Positions 12,610 through 24,652 of a stretch of 64,000 bases of DNA are shown here, in pieces. Below the pieces are notes generated by a model, which saw only the letters and a list, made by a program, of their open reading frames with translations, had not been told where the DNA came from and searched no databases. The number at the start of each line of letters is the position of its first letter. The first letter of the stretch is position 1. The stretch is from Chiloscyllium plagiosum (lineage: Eukaryota), in contig NC_057711.1 of NCBI RefSeq assembly GCF_004010195.1, forward strand, positions 69,506,059 through 69,570,058, in the 5' to 3' direction. A program made the translations under genes and the position numbers.

Positions 12610-13183
12610 CACCTTTAATACTTGTAACCTACATTTGAAATGCATGTGTGCAGGTCTGGTTGCCACATGATAGGAAGGATACAGAGGCTTTGGAGAGGAT
12701 GCAAAAGAGGTTTACTAAAATGTTACCTGGTTTGCAGTGTAGTAACTAAAAAGACAATTTGGCCAAACTTGGATTGTATTTTGGTAGAGTGTCAGAGGCC
12801 GAAGAATGACCTGATAGAAATATATAAAATTATGAGAGGTTTGGATAGGTAGATATTCAAAGTCTTTTTCCCAGGGAATGTCAAATAATAGGGGGCATAG
12901 GTTTAAGGTGAGAGGAGGCATATTTAAAGGAGATGTGTGAGGAAAGTTTTTCACATGTAAGGTGGTTGGTGCCTGGGATGCACTGCCAAGAGAGGTGGTA
13001 GAAGCAGACATGTTTGCAAAGATTCAGAGGCAATTAGGCAGATACATGAACAGGCAGAGAATTGAGGGATAGGGACCATATGCATGCAGATGGAATTGGT
13101 TTAGAATGACATCATGGTTGGCATAGACATGGTGAGCTAAAGGGAATGTTCTTGTGCTGTACTTTTCTATGTGCTGTGTTCTA
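12610..13183 (+). mobile_element. CR1 LINE 3' fragment
   Basis: DLIEIYKIMRGLDR motif and CR1 3' UTR ending gttctatg. Confidence 0.85.
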
Positions 13184-13919
13184 TGCAGCGTCCAACTGTA
13201 GGATACCAACACAGGTCACAAGTAAACTTGACCATGTCATTGGTCAATACAGATTGACCATAGTCATCTCTCTGAAGCGGAAGTAATCACAGGCAACATT
13301 ACAAATCTCCTGCAGGCCACTATTCATAAAGTCAATCCTCGGTCTCATAAGCTGCACAAGGGCACAGATCTGATTTTCCCTCACCTTAAAGTGGACATAT
13401 TCACTGACAAGTCTTACATACAATGCTGTCTTTCCTGGGTGATGTGCAAGTGGCAGAACAATTTATCAGTATTCCTTCTGCACTTACAATCACCTTCTTC
13501 TATTTTTGCAGGATAATACTTATCCAGCATCCATCAGAATAAAGTTTCCTATGTCAAAGTTGTATGTAGAGACACTTCATGACCCTTCTTGTTGGAGTCT
13601 TCCATATCACACTGTACGAAGGATGATGCTCACCCGTTAATTAGGATTGATTCAAGTGCTGATTGTTCACTTTACTAATATTCCTGTTTCTGGTATTTCC
13701 CACACAGATTCACTGGAAACTAATGAATCCAACCACAAAAGCAATTATTATTGCTATTGCTGTGGTGCCATGAAGGCACAGAGAAATTGAACTGCAACAG
13801 ATCTATCAAGCCCAGGACCAGAAATGACCTTCATCAGCTGCCAAACTGTCTCCTCATGAAGATGTTGCCCAAAGTGGGTGCAGGAGATCTGGAATCAATC
13901 AACCTTGATGTTTTTTCTC

Positions 13920-14560
13920 CAAATGAATGAGTTGTATTGACCCCACATTTTGCAGATATCCCAGGACACTGTCATAGACATACACCCACTGCTGAAGCAG
14001 GATTTGCAACCTGGAGGAGTGGGTAGCCATCAAGGTGACAGTTATATTAAACTATCATGCAACTAGCTGCTTTGAAGGATCCACTGGGGACCTTGAGCCA
14101 TAAATGTATGAAGACTGTTAGCAATGTAATTTGTGCCAGACCACACCACTTTACCTTCTATTCCCATGAATAGCTGGCTTTCACCAGGGCAAGGTGCTAT
14201 ACACTGTACACAAATTGCAATGACAGTACCATCCTATAAGATGGCTGACTTCATCAACAGAAAAAGATTCCATTCCAACAATGTGCAAGTCATCTGTGAC
14301 CATCACTACCACAATTTGTGAATCTGTGTCAAATACCTTGGGAGCTACCATGATACCTATATCCTTGACAGATCTTGTGATACTGTTTTGTTTTAAGGGT
14401 TGGATGCTTTACAAAGATGGTTGCTGGGTGACAAGGACAACCCTCTACAACTATAGCTGATGACACCATCACATGACCCCGGTATGTAGATTCAATGCCA
14501 TCCATTCTTCCACCAGGACTATGGAGAAGCACCCTTGAGATACATTGCACTCAGAGTATG
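13920..14560 (+). pseudogene. Degraded PIF/Harbinger (DDE_Tnp_4, HARBI1-like) transposase
   Basis: Across frameshifts it reads KVTVILNYHATSCFEGSTGDL ... QGAIHCTQIA ... FINRKRFHSNNVQVICD ... YLGSYHDTYIL ... WLLGDK ... LMTP ... RFNAIHSSTR. These match the conserved Harbinger blocks GAIDxTH, NRKxxHS, PGSxHD and LLGD. Confidence 0.8.
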
Positions 14561-17500
14561 CAACATAATCCTTGCATCCCTTGCTCTGAACTGGTACAGC
14601 AGGCATGCAGGAGATGTGTTGATGCTGAAGAGCTGGGACAGCAGTATAGGCCAACCAAGGAGGAACATAAGGTCATACTGCAGGAGAAATATCACCTACA
14701 GCATGCTAGAGCTGTGCAGCATTGCACACAACAAACCCAATTACTGGAAGATCCAACAGGCTTTCATATCCGAGCAAGTTGAGCGAGTTTCTCTTTTCTA
14801 ATCTCTCCTCCTCATGAAAACAGGAAGCTATTGCTCAGGGGCTTATTTGAAATGTACAAAAATAACAAAAAAAAATTTGCAGAGACGTGGACAAGTGTGA
14901 CACACAAAGAGAAGGTCCATTTGTGGTTAGTAGGTGATACAGGGTAGGTGAAAATGTGAAAGGACACACAGTAGAGTCCTAGATCACCACAGGATACTGA
15001 ATAAAGGAGTATCACATGCATAGAAAAATAACTGTGAGGGTTTTTTTTTAGCTGGATTTTGCCAGAGAAGCCTAATTCTTTAGGGATTACTCAATGCTGT
15101 TTCCAAACATCCAATTTCTTCAACTATGTATCAGTAATGCATCATTCTCAGGGTGCCCTGCTTCAACCAGCATTTCCACTTCTCCTTTATGGCACTTTTC
15201 CTGTCCTCCCTAAACTCAGGCTGTGCCAAATCTGGGTATCGTAGCAAACAAAATCCTGAAAACTGACAGTATAGCAGGATGTATGAATTTTAAGAACTTA
15301 AATCATTATCCTAATTTTACACTAGTGGTCCGCAGTTTCCTGGGATTGCTTCCCTCTTACCATTCTGGGAACATCTTCATCAGTGGCTGTAGTAGTTAAA
15401 TTAAAATGCCACCATCTTCAAAATGACTAAAATGGCAGTATAAAGGTGACCTTGTTAGTCCCCAAGACTTGAGAATTAATAAAGAAACCATAATGGAAAA
15501 GGCTGAAATCTGGCATGGGATCAATTTAGATAAGAATCAGAGATGAAATAAGGCTTATTCTGATCAGCAGCCTAGTCTCTTAAAGTGGATTCTGGAACCT
15601 ACTTGTCATTCTTTTTGTCTATTTTGTTTTTCCCTAAATAGATTCCTTTATATTTTTCATGTTAATATAGCCTTTCTTATGTCTTTCTTACCTCTGACTC
15701 TGCATGAAGCTTTGTAAATTTTTTATTACCGCCTAGTGCTAACTGCTCACACAAGGATGCAAAGCTTTTTTTCAAGCCATGACTTGTTATTATTCAGGAT
15801 GATCACTTTTTATTGGTTCCCTGTGGATCTGGGATTCTGGTGAGTAATCAAATGAAATGGATAGCAATATAAGAGAGCACACAAACAGAACCTTCCAACT
15901 GACTTTGTAAGTTGATATTTTTGTAGTTCGTCTGCAGTGGACTTATGAAACATTATAAATGGTTATTGTACAAAACTGCAATCATTAAAATAATGGACAT
16001 GAAGTGATTTAGACACAACTCTAAATTCAAAATGCACTTCTCAAAAGTGAGACTGAGTGTTGAATTCACTGCTTTGGAAAATTAACCCTACAATGTATTT
16101 ACAAGTGATTTCTTCTAGCTGAGGACAATCCAAAGCGCATGTTTATATCTCTATCTAAATGGGTATTATGATCAACAAAAAAAAATACAGTAGTTTTACT
16201 AGAGAAATCATTCATTGATTTTAACATGGTTTTTATTATTGAGTGTGTAAGCATAAATGGTCACGAGTCAAGCATTATTTCCTATTACTGATATGGTCAA
16301 CATTTCCCTCTTCAGGAGAAAAATTGAAAGTGGAGCAAAAGGTGACACAGTAACAGGATTTTAATGTGACTAGGTGAAACAAAAGAAAGTCAGAAAAGAT
16401 GAAAAAAGAGTATTTTTCATTTTGCTTTCTTAATAAAGGCATATACCGGTAAATGAAACTGCGTCAGTATAAATCTCAACATAAAGACTGTACTGACAGG
16501 ACAATGCTCTTGACTTCCAACTTGTTATAAAAATGTTTCAGATCAATCACTCAGAAACACTTTCATAAAAAACACAAATGATCTGTCACCTTAATGATAG
16601 TTTCAGTTGTTTCCTCCTTTTATACTTTTCAACACTGAAACTAAGTATTTCACTTTGATCACTTGATTGGCTGCAGTGGGACTCTTAGAAAATCCAGAAA
16701 TATCAATAGTCTAGTAGAAATCATGGTTATCCTGTCATTTATTATGCCTACTGGGTATTTTCTGCAGCTTTACAGAAAAAAATATCATTAAAAGTTTCAA
16801 AACTAATTGTTGCTTTTGAAGGTAATGGTTTGACATGACCTATCTGTTCAACTTGAAAGAAAGATATATTGAGGGATAAAATCCCTTGTAGAATTTGTAC
16901 AAGAATTATTATCACAATCTATTGGTATATGATGTTGTTAGTTCATTCAGTATTGTCTTTTTAATGACATAAAATAGCTAATCTTATCCATTTTGAAATG
17001 TAAACTGACTTAAACAGGCATATTCCCTTTTGGTGATCCAACAGGATATAATTGAAACATCTTAAATGAAATATGATCCTAATTGTAAGAAAGGCCATTT
17101 CTTTTGTTGCACTATAAATAAGCCTGAATTATGTATCACTACAGTGAATGCATTTTCTGATTGATATAAATATATTTGATTTCTTGTAACATTATTAAGG
17201 GCATCACTAAAAGGGGAATCTTACCCCTCAAAATCGTGAGGATTATCAGCTACATTCATTTAAATATGAAATTTAATCAAGAGTAAATGAGTCTGTGGTC
17301 ATGAAAATATAGGCATTGACTCTGAAACTTTAGCACTAATTTTGCAAAACCATCAGTATTACTACACTGAAGATGACTGTAATTTCTGGAGTCAATGTAA
17401 GTGAAGAGTAAAGCAGAAATCCAGAAGTTGCGGTCAGTGATTCTTTTCTCTTTCACTGTTGACATTTCCGAAACAATCAGTGAATTAACAAAACTTCCTC

Positions 17501-17949
17501 TTTTTTGCTGATGGACTTGCTGTTAAAATGCTAAAGGTTCCGTCTTTTTAAAGAGGTTTCAATGCCACATTAACTTCATATTTACTCTTAAACACCCTGA
17601 CTGGGCCTGAAAAGCCATTGCTATATTTGACAATGTCGGATTATTGTTATTAAGGTAACTTCTAAAACAAAAGTTTACTTATAATATTTTAGCTTTTATC
17701 TTAATTTAAATTTTATTTATTTTAACTATAATTTAAATTTAAACTAAAATTAAAACATTTGGTGCTCTTAATTTTCCTGCTTTATTGTTTGCTAGACTGC
17801 TTCAGTGTGAGTGCAGTATTAACTATTAATTGACATCATTGCTGGAAGTGTGGACATCTCTTGACTGTATGCCAGATTTAAACTGCTGCCGTGAAAGGGG
17901 ATGTTTTTGCTGCGGAAGTTGAAAGATCTTTGTATCCAACCTCAGTTAA

Positions 17950-18250
17950 AAAAAGAGCATATTTAGGCCATTCAGTGGCTTGACTATGTTCCACCATTCG
18001 ATAAAATCATGGTTAATCCCATTATGGTCTTAACACCACTTTTCTACCAGCCACTCAAAGACCTTGACTCTCTTGTCAATCACTAATTCTGTCAAAGTCA
18101 ATCCTGAACCGGCCTCCACTGTTCACAAGGGAAGAGAATTCCAAAGACTTATGGCTCTCAGAGAAGAAATTCCTCCTCATCTCTTTAAATAAAAGACATC
18201 TTATTTCTAAACTGTGTCTCACAGTTCTAAATTTCCCTGTGAGAGGAAGG
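17950..18250 (-). mobile_element. Degraded CR1-type 3' fragment
   Basis: Reverse complement resembles CR1 RT C-terminus/3' UTR (gagatgaggaggaatttcttctctgagag). Confidence 0.6.
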
Positions 18251-19324
18251 GGAAGCTTTCATTAATGTCATTGCTGAGCACCATTGTTAAAATCTATGCT
18301 GTTAACACTTGGTAATAGAAGATCTACACCTTTTGTATTTGTGGGTTACCCTATGGGGCCAAAGAAGTTTAAATGAATGTCTTTGTTCATTTGCATTTCT
18401 TACATTTCTGGTTAATAGTATTAATCACTTCTCAGAGGGAAAGAATCTTTGCAAGATTTCATACCTGCCAAATTCATGTTTGTGAAACCAATAGACCAAG
18501 AGATTTAAGCACATATAGGAATTCAGTCATTGGGTTTTCAAAGTCTATACAGATAACAAAGCCTATACTGATAATCTGTGTTACAGATTTTTTTCTTCTG
18601 TGGGGGCAGGCGGGAAAGTGGACTTAAAGCAAACCAGCCTTGGTTTGATTGAATGGTGGAGCACACACGAGGGGCTAAATGGTCTACTCACTTTCCTATT
18701 TCATGTATCTAATGATGTACACTAATTATGTATCTTCGGGCAGTTTTTTTTGACAGAATCCAATGTCTGAAATATATTCTTTTCAGTAATTTTTAAAATA
18801 TCTGCTGCAAAATAAGAAAGCTTCGAGGAAAGGAGCATCTAGATGTTCCTGCATGGGAAAAATTGAAATGTGAGGCATTGGCAGGTGCCTGGGAACAGGT
18901 CTCTTAAGCAATGGGCATAGACACGTAGTGTGGGAGGGCATTTGTGAGGGAGTAAAACAGCTTGAGATACTTTCTTTGAATTTTTAATAAATCCTGAAAA
19001 GATTCCCCTCTAAGTTACCTCATTCATCCAGGCATGTCTTTTAATTGTTTCAAATGAATGTAATATTAAGAGCAGGTTAGAAAAGATGTGGGACTCATTT
19101 TGATGATTTCAGCCAGTTTTGAACAGAATAATGTTTGAAATTCATTTAGACTAAAATAATTCAGTCACTTGGAAGCAATTACATCAGCATTAACAGTACA
19201 AAATGGCCAATCAATGCTGATGAACTGATGTACAGGCACAAGATATGGATTGGATATTCTTGGAGAATTAACAATGATAAAATTATTCCAAGTGAACGAA
19301 AAAGTTAGAGGATTGACTAACTGA

Positions 19325-20064
19325 CTTATGCTTAATGATAAGGACCTGGGTAGTGTTGGTGAACAAACAGACCTTGAAGTTGCAGTTCATAATTCCTTGC
19401 AATTAGAGTCTCAGGTAGATAGGATAGTGAAGAAGACGTTTGGTATGCTTTCCTTTATTGGCCAGAGCATCAAGTACAGGAGTTGGGAGGTCATGCTGCA
19501 GCTGTACAAGATATTGTTTAGGCCACTTTTGGTATGTTGTTTGCAATTCTGGTCTCCTTCCTAGCAGAAGGATGTTGTGAAACTTGAAAGAATTCAGAAA
19601 AGATTTACAAAGATGTTGCCAGGGTTGGAGGGTTTGAGCAATAGGGAGAGGCTGAATAGGCTGGGGCGGTTTTTCCTGCAGCATCAAAGGCTGAGGGGTG
19701 ACTTTTTAGAGGTTTGTAAAATCATGAGGAGCATGGATACGGTAAACAGATAAGGTCTTTTACCTGGGTTGGGGGAGTCCAGAGCAAGATGGCATAGGTT
19801 TAGGGTGAGAGGGGAAAGATTTAAAAGGGACCAAAGGGCCAACCTTTTCACACAGAGGGTGGTGCGTGTATGGAATGAGCTGCCAGAGGAAGTGGTGGAG
19901 GCTAGTACAATTACAACATTTAAAAGGCATCTGGATAGGTGTATGAATAGGAAGGGGTTAGAGGGATATGGGCCAACTGCTGTCAAATAAAACTAGATTA
20001 ACTTAGGATATCTGGTCAGCATACACAAGAGTCTGTTTCCATGCTGTACATCCCTATGACTATC
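19325..20064 (+). mobile_element. 5'-truncated CR1 LINE
   Basis: QTDLEVAVHNSL...FGMLSFIGQSIKYRSWEVMLQLYK...FTQRVVRVWNELP motifs; tail ctatgactat. Confidence 0.9.
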
Positions 20065-20069
20065 TAGGG

Positions 20070-21170
20070 GATTAAGGAACAGTTGCTGGATCAAGCTCAG
20101 ATGGAGCAGTGAGTGCAGCAGGAGCGTGGGAGAAGGAGAGGGACAAGTGAACCCGTGGGTGAACATGGGGTGGAGCTCACCGAGCCTGGAGGTGAATGGG
20201 GAAGAGAGACAAGTGAATCTGGGGAGTGGGAGGAGTGAACCTGGGAGTGAATTGGGGCTGAATCCAAAGGCATAGCTCCCGAGGTGGCATCACGATTCAA
20301 AAAGTGACAGAGGGTAAGAGGACCGACTGCTTCAAAACCAACTTCAGAGACTGAGTGATTAATATCAGGAGGGAGAGAGTGTGTGCAAGGGCCTATTTTT
20401 TGTGGTTTGTAGTTTATTAGGAAGAGAGAGCAAGTGACAGAGGCAGAGAGAGAAATCTGATTTGGTGAGTAATGGGTAAGGCTGAGTAATTGGTTCCTAG
20501 TTTATTGGTTAGAACATAGAACAATACAGTGCAGAACAGGCCCTTTGGCCCTCGATGTTACACTGACCTGTGAACTATTCTCAGCTCATCCCCTACACTA
20601 TCCCATCATCATCCATGTGCTTATCCAAGGATTGTTTAAATCTCCCTAATGTAGCTGAGTTAACTACATTGGCAGGCAGTGCATTCCATGTCCTTACCAC
20701 TCTCTGAGTAAAGAACCTGCCTCTGACATTTGTCTTAAATCTATCAAGAACCTGCCTCTGACATTTGTCTTAAATCTATCACCCCTCAACTTGTAGTTAT
20801 GCACCCTCGTACAAGCTGACATCATCAACCGAGGAAAAATACTTTCACTGTCTACCCTATCTAATTCTCTGATCATTTTGTATGTCTCTATCAAATCCCC
20901 TCTTAGCCTTCTTCTTTGCAATGAGAACAGAAAGTTCTCAAAGAGAACAGTTGTAGTTGTTAAGGTTCACAATGGCAGAAGAACTTGGCCAATGGAATGA
21001 TCCACCTGTAATGTATGAGAAATCATGGATATATCCAGTCTCCATATGCTGGAAGTGCATTCAGAGCACATGGAGCAGCAGGAGCTGTGTGTACACTCAC
21101 TATGGAGGATCCATGAGACGAAGGATATTGTAGAGCACACATTTAGCATATGAGGCATTTCAGCCCACAG
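20070..21170 (+). mobile_element. Probable CR1 5' UTR/ORF1 start (degraded), interrupted by a younger CR1
   Basis: G-rich leader followed at ~20985-21150 by a degenerate Cys-containing ORF1-like N-terminus (...ICWKCI...). Confidence 0.4.
20509..20937 (-). mobile_element. CR1 LINE 3' end (same subfamily as 56117-57712)
   Basis: RRLRGDLIETYKMIRELDRVD...RGHNYKL-like motifs. Contains a 35-bp tandem duplication at 20711-20780. Confidence 0.9.
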
Positions 21171-21365
21171 TCAGAAATATATATAAAAAAGGTCTTTACA
21201 TTATAAATCTCCCACACTTCATATTTTTATGCACTTATCAAAATAGTTGAATGCATTCCTTATTTAAGCTTATGCAACATTAATAATTTTTAAAAAATTG
21301 AATACTGGATGTTGAATGTCATATCTGTGAACAGTTACAGATTATATATGTCTACAATATTTAAG

Positions 21366-21465
21366 GCACAAAAACAGGTATTGCTGGAACTGCTCAGCAA
21401 CTGCTCTCATCTGTGGAGAGAAATCAGAGTTAACATTTCGGTTCCAGTGACCGTTCTTCAGAACC
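21366..21465 (-). mobile_element. Short Penelope-type pLTR fragment with hammerhead-like core
   Basis: Minus strand gttCTGAAGAacggtcactggaaccGAAAtgtTaac. Related copies lie at ~7545-7606, 9540-9668, 52530-52612 and 54097-54256. Confidence 0.6.
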
Positions 21466-21930
21466 CAGTCTGCCCCTGATGGGCACCTAATTTCCTGGTC
21501 TGACTTCATGAAACATTTATGCACAGTTGCCCCAAAACCATCCTCCAAAGTGTCCACAGGTTTTCTCCCCCTTGTTGCTCCTTCAATACAGATTATGTCA
21601 CTGGAGGAACAGCAATATTGGGAGAAAGGGATCCTATGATTACAGGAGCCGGTTCTCTCTCTCCCACACATGGGAAGCATCTTTTCTCTGGTTGTCCCTA
21701 TGAGTTTCTGGGCAAAATTCAACTTTTGTGTTTTGGGTGCTGTCTCTCAGTGACCTTTTTCAGTGATCCTTACCTGTTTCACAATCATCCTGGCCTCTTC
21801 ACAATGATCACCTCATTTCTCAGGACGAGATTCAGCTATTTTTTATTCCTCATTGATAATGGAACAGGAATATTCTCTTGAATATTCTCTTCTTTTCAAA
21901 ACCTCTTCCCTGTCTTCCCTTTATATGATT

Positions 21931-22101
21931 TGGAGATGCCTATGTTGGATTGGGGTGTACAAAGTTAAAAAATCACACAACACCAGGTAATAGTCCAACA
22001 GGTTTAATTGGAAGCACTAGCTTTTGGAGTGCTGCTCATTCATCAAAGTGCTTCCAGTTAAACCTGTTGGACTATAACCTGGTGTTGTGTGATTTTTAAC
22101 T
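21931..22101. mobile_element. Foldback Penelope-derived mini-element with 16-bp TSD
   Basis: Internal inverted arms of ~55 bp. TSD ttccctttatatgatt at 21915-21930 and 22102-22117. Confidence 0.85.
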
Positions 22102-22312
22102 TTCCCTTTATATGATTGTTATCCTCATCCATATTTGGATATTCAGTCTACCCATATTTGAATCCACAGTTTTCCACATCTTTGTAATTTCCCTAAAGGT
22201 TTGCTTCTTTGTATCTTTTACACTAATTGTTGGATTATAGAATACATCCAGCAATATAATAGTACCTCTCTTGTTTCTTTATTCGAAGTGGATTTTTTAA
22301 ATTCATTCAACG

Positions 22313-22440
22313 TGATTCCTGATGAAGGGCTTTTCCCCGAAGCGTTGATTCTCCTGCTCCTCAGATGCTGCCTGACTGTGCTTTTCCAGCACCACACTCT
22401 CAACTCTGATCTCCAGCATCTGCAGTCCTCACTTTCTCCA
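22313..22440 (+). mobile_element. Penelope pLTR fragment with degenerate hammerhead core
   Basis: cctgatgaagggcttttccccgaagcgttg...ctccagcatctgcagtcctcactttctcc, same family as 601-753. Confidence 0.8.
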
Positions 22441-23130
22441 CCTCAGAATCTTGTATGTTTCAATGAGATCACACCTCATTCTTCTGACCTCCAATGTATA
22501 AAGGCCTAACCTGTCTTGCTGTTCTTGATAGTCCAGCCCTTCATCCTAGAAATCAGCCGAGTGATATTCTCTTGAACTACCCTAATGTTGTATACCTTTA
22601 TTTTAAATATAGGGACCAGAGCTGTATACAGTATTACAGCTGCAGACTCACCAACAACCTTCACAATTGTAACAAGACTTTTCTTTTTTTAAATTCCAAC
22701 CACCTTGCAATAAACGCCAAAATTTCATTTGTCTTCTTAATTACTTGCTGCAATTTCTTATTAATGGTTTGTGTGTTGTGCAAACAACACTGAGGTCCCC
22801 CTGAGCTGTACTGTCTTGGAGTCTCTCCATTTAAATAAGAGTCTTCCTTTTGATCCTTCCTACCAAATTGCCTAATCTCATACTTTCCTACATTAAATTC
22901 CATCTGCCAAGTTTTTGCCCACTTGCTCAATCTACCTATGTTCCCTTGCACATTCCTTATGTCCTCATCAGAACAATCCCTACTATTTGTTCTTATATCA
23001 TCAGCAAATTTTGATACGTTATACTCTGCCCCCGTTCCTGCTCCAAGTCATTAAAGTAGATATTCAAAGTTTGGGAGAAGATTTGTAGCTCGGGTGCTCG
23101 TTGTTGTGGTACTGTTCTGAGAATTTGTGT

Positions 23131-23171
23131 TGCAGACGTTTCGTCCCTTGTCTAGGTGACATCCTCAGTGC
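23131..23171 (-). ncRNA. Minimal hammerhead ribozyme motif in Penelope pLTR
   Basis: gcaCTGAGGA-tgtc..acctagacaagg..gac-GAAA-cg-TC-tgc: CUGANGA and GAAA boxes, GUC cleavage triplet, helix I gca/tgc. Confidence 0.65.
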
Positions 23172-23746
23172 TTGGGAGCCTCCTGTGAAGCGCTTCTGTG
23201 ATGTTTCCTCTGGCATTTATAGTGATTTGTATTTGCCGCTTCCGGTTGTCAGTTCCAGCTGTCCGCTGCAGTGGCTGGTATATTGGGTCCAGATCGATGT
23301 GCTTATTGATTGAATCTGTGGATGAGTGCCATGCCTCTAGGAATTCCCTGGCTGTTCTCTGTTTGGCTTGTCCTATAATAGTAGTGTTGTCCCAGTCGAA
23401 TTCATGTTGCTTGTCATCTGTGTGGCTACTAAGGAAAGCTGGTCATGTTGTTTCGTAGCTAGTTGGTGTTCATGGATGCGGATCGTTAGCTGTCTTCCTG
23501 TTTGTCCTATGTGGTATTTTGTGCAGTCCTTGCATGGGATTTTGTACACTACATTGGTTTTGCTCATGCTGGGTATCGGGTCCTTCGTTCTGGTGAGTTG
23601 TCGTCTGAGAGTGGCTGTTGGTTTGTGTGCTGTTATTAGTCCTAGTGGTCGCAGTAGTCTGGCTGTCAGTTCAGAAATGTTTTTGATGTATGGTAATGTG
23701 GCTAGTCCTTTGGATTGCGGCATGTCCTCATTCCATTGTCTTTCCC

Positions 23747-24652
23747 TTAGGCATCTGTTGATGAAATTCCGTTTTTGGCGAATACGTTGTATAGGTGTTC
23801 TTCTTCCTCTTTGTGCAGTTCTGGTGTATTGCAGTATGTTGTGGCCCTTTTGAACAGTGTCTTGATGCAACTTCTTTTGTGTGTGTTGGGGTGGTTGATT
23901 TCATAGTTTAGGACTTGGTCTGTGTGTGTGGCTTTCCTGTACACCTTTGTGGTGAATTCTCCATTCGGTGTCCTCTGTACTATCAGGCCTAGGAATGGGA
24001 GTTGGTTGTCCTTTTCTTCCTCGCTAGTGAATCGGATTCCTGTGAGTGTGGCGTTGATGATCCGGTGTGTGTTCTCTATTTCTGTGTTTTTAATGATTAC
24101 AAAGGTATCATCTACATATCTGACCCAGAGTTTGGGTTGAATTTGCGGTAAGACTGTTTGTTCTAACCTTTGCATTACCGCTTCTGCTATGAGTCCAGAG
24201 ATGGGTGAGCCCATGGGGTTGTCATTGATTTGTTCATATATTTGGTTGTTGAATGTGAAGTGTGTTGTGAGGCACAGGTCCAGTAGTTTGAGTATGCAGT
24301 CTTTGTTGATAGGTTCAATGTCCTGTCGTCTGTTCTGTATGTCCAGCAGGTTGGCTATTGTTTCTTTGGCTAGGGTTTTGTCGATAGAGGTGAACAGTGC
24401 CGTTACATCAAATGAGACCATGGTTTCTTCCTTGTCTATGTGTATATTTCTGATGACGTCCAAGAATTCCTGTATTGACCGTACAGAGTGTCTGAATCCG
24501 CTGATCAGGTGTTTCAGTTTCTGCTGTAGTTCTTTAGCCAGTTTGTGTGATGGTATCCCTGGTAGTGATACTATGGGTCTGAGTGGGATGTTTGGTTTGT
24601 GCACTTTAGGTATTCCATAAAATCTGGGGGTGTTGTTGCTTTCAGGTTTCAT
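23747..24652 (-). pseudogene. Penelope reverse transcriptase domain (disrupted ORF)
   Basis: 301-aa ORF with the PLE RT motifs including YVDD; frameshifted relative to the EN-coding part. Confidence 0.9.

Noticed and set aside
13920..14560. Host HARBI1 gene
   Set aside because: Multiple stops and frameshifts and an altered catalytic motif (GAIH instead of GAID); a transposon relic.
15798..15839. 42-nt candidate exon (ttcag|...|gtgagt)
   Set aside because: Weak pyrimidine tract, unrecognised peptide and no corroborating exons.
20711..20780. 35-bp tandem duplication in a CR1
   Set aside because: An ordinary slippage or repair duplication with no functional signal.
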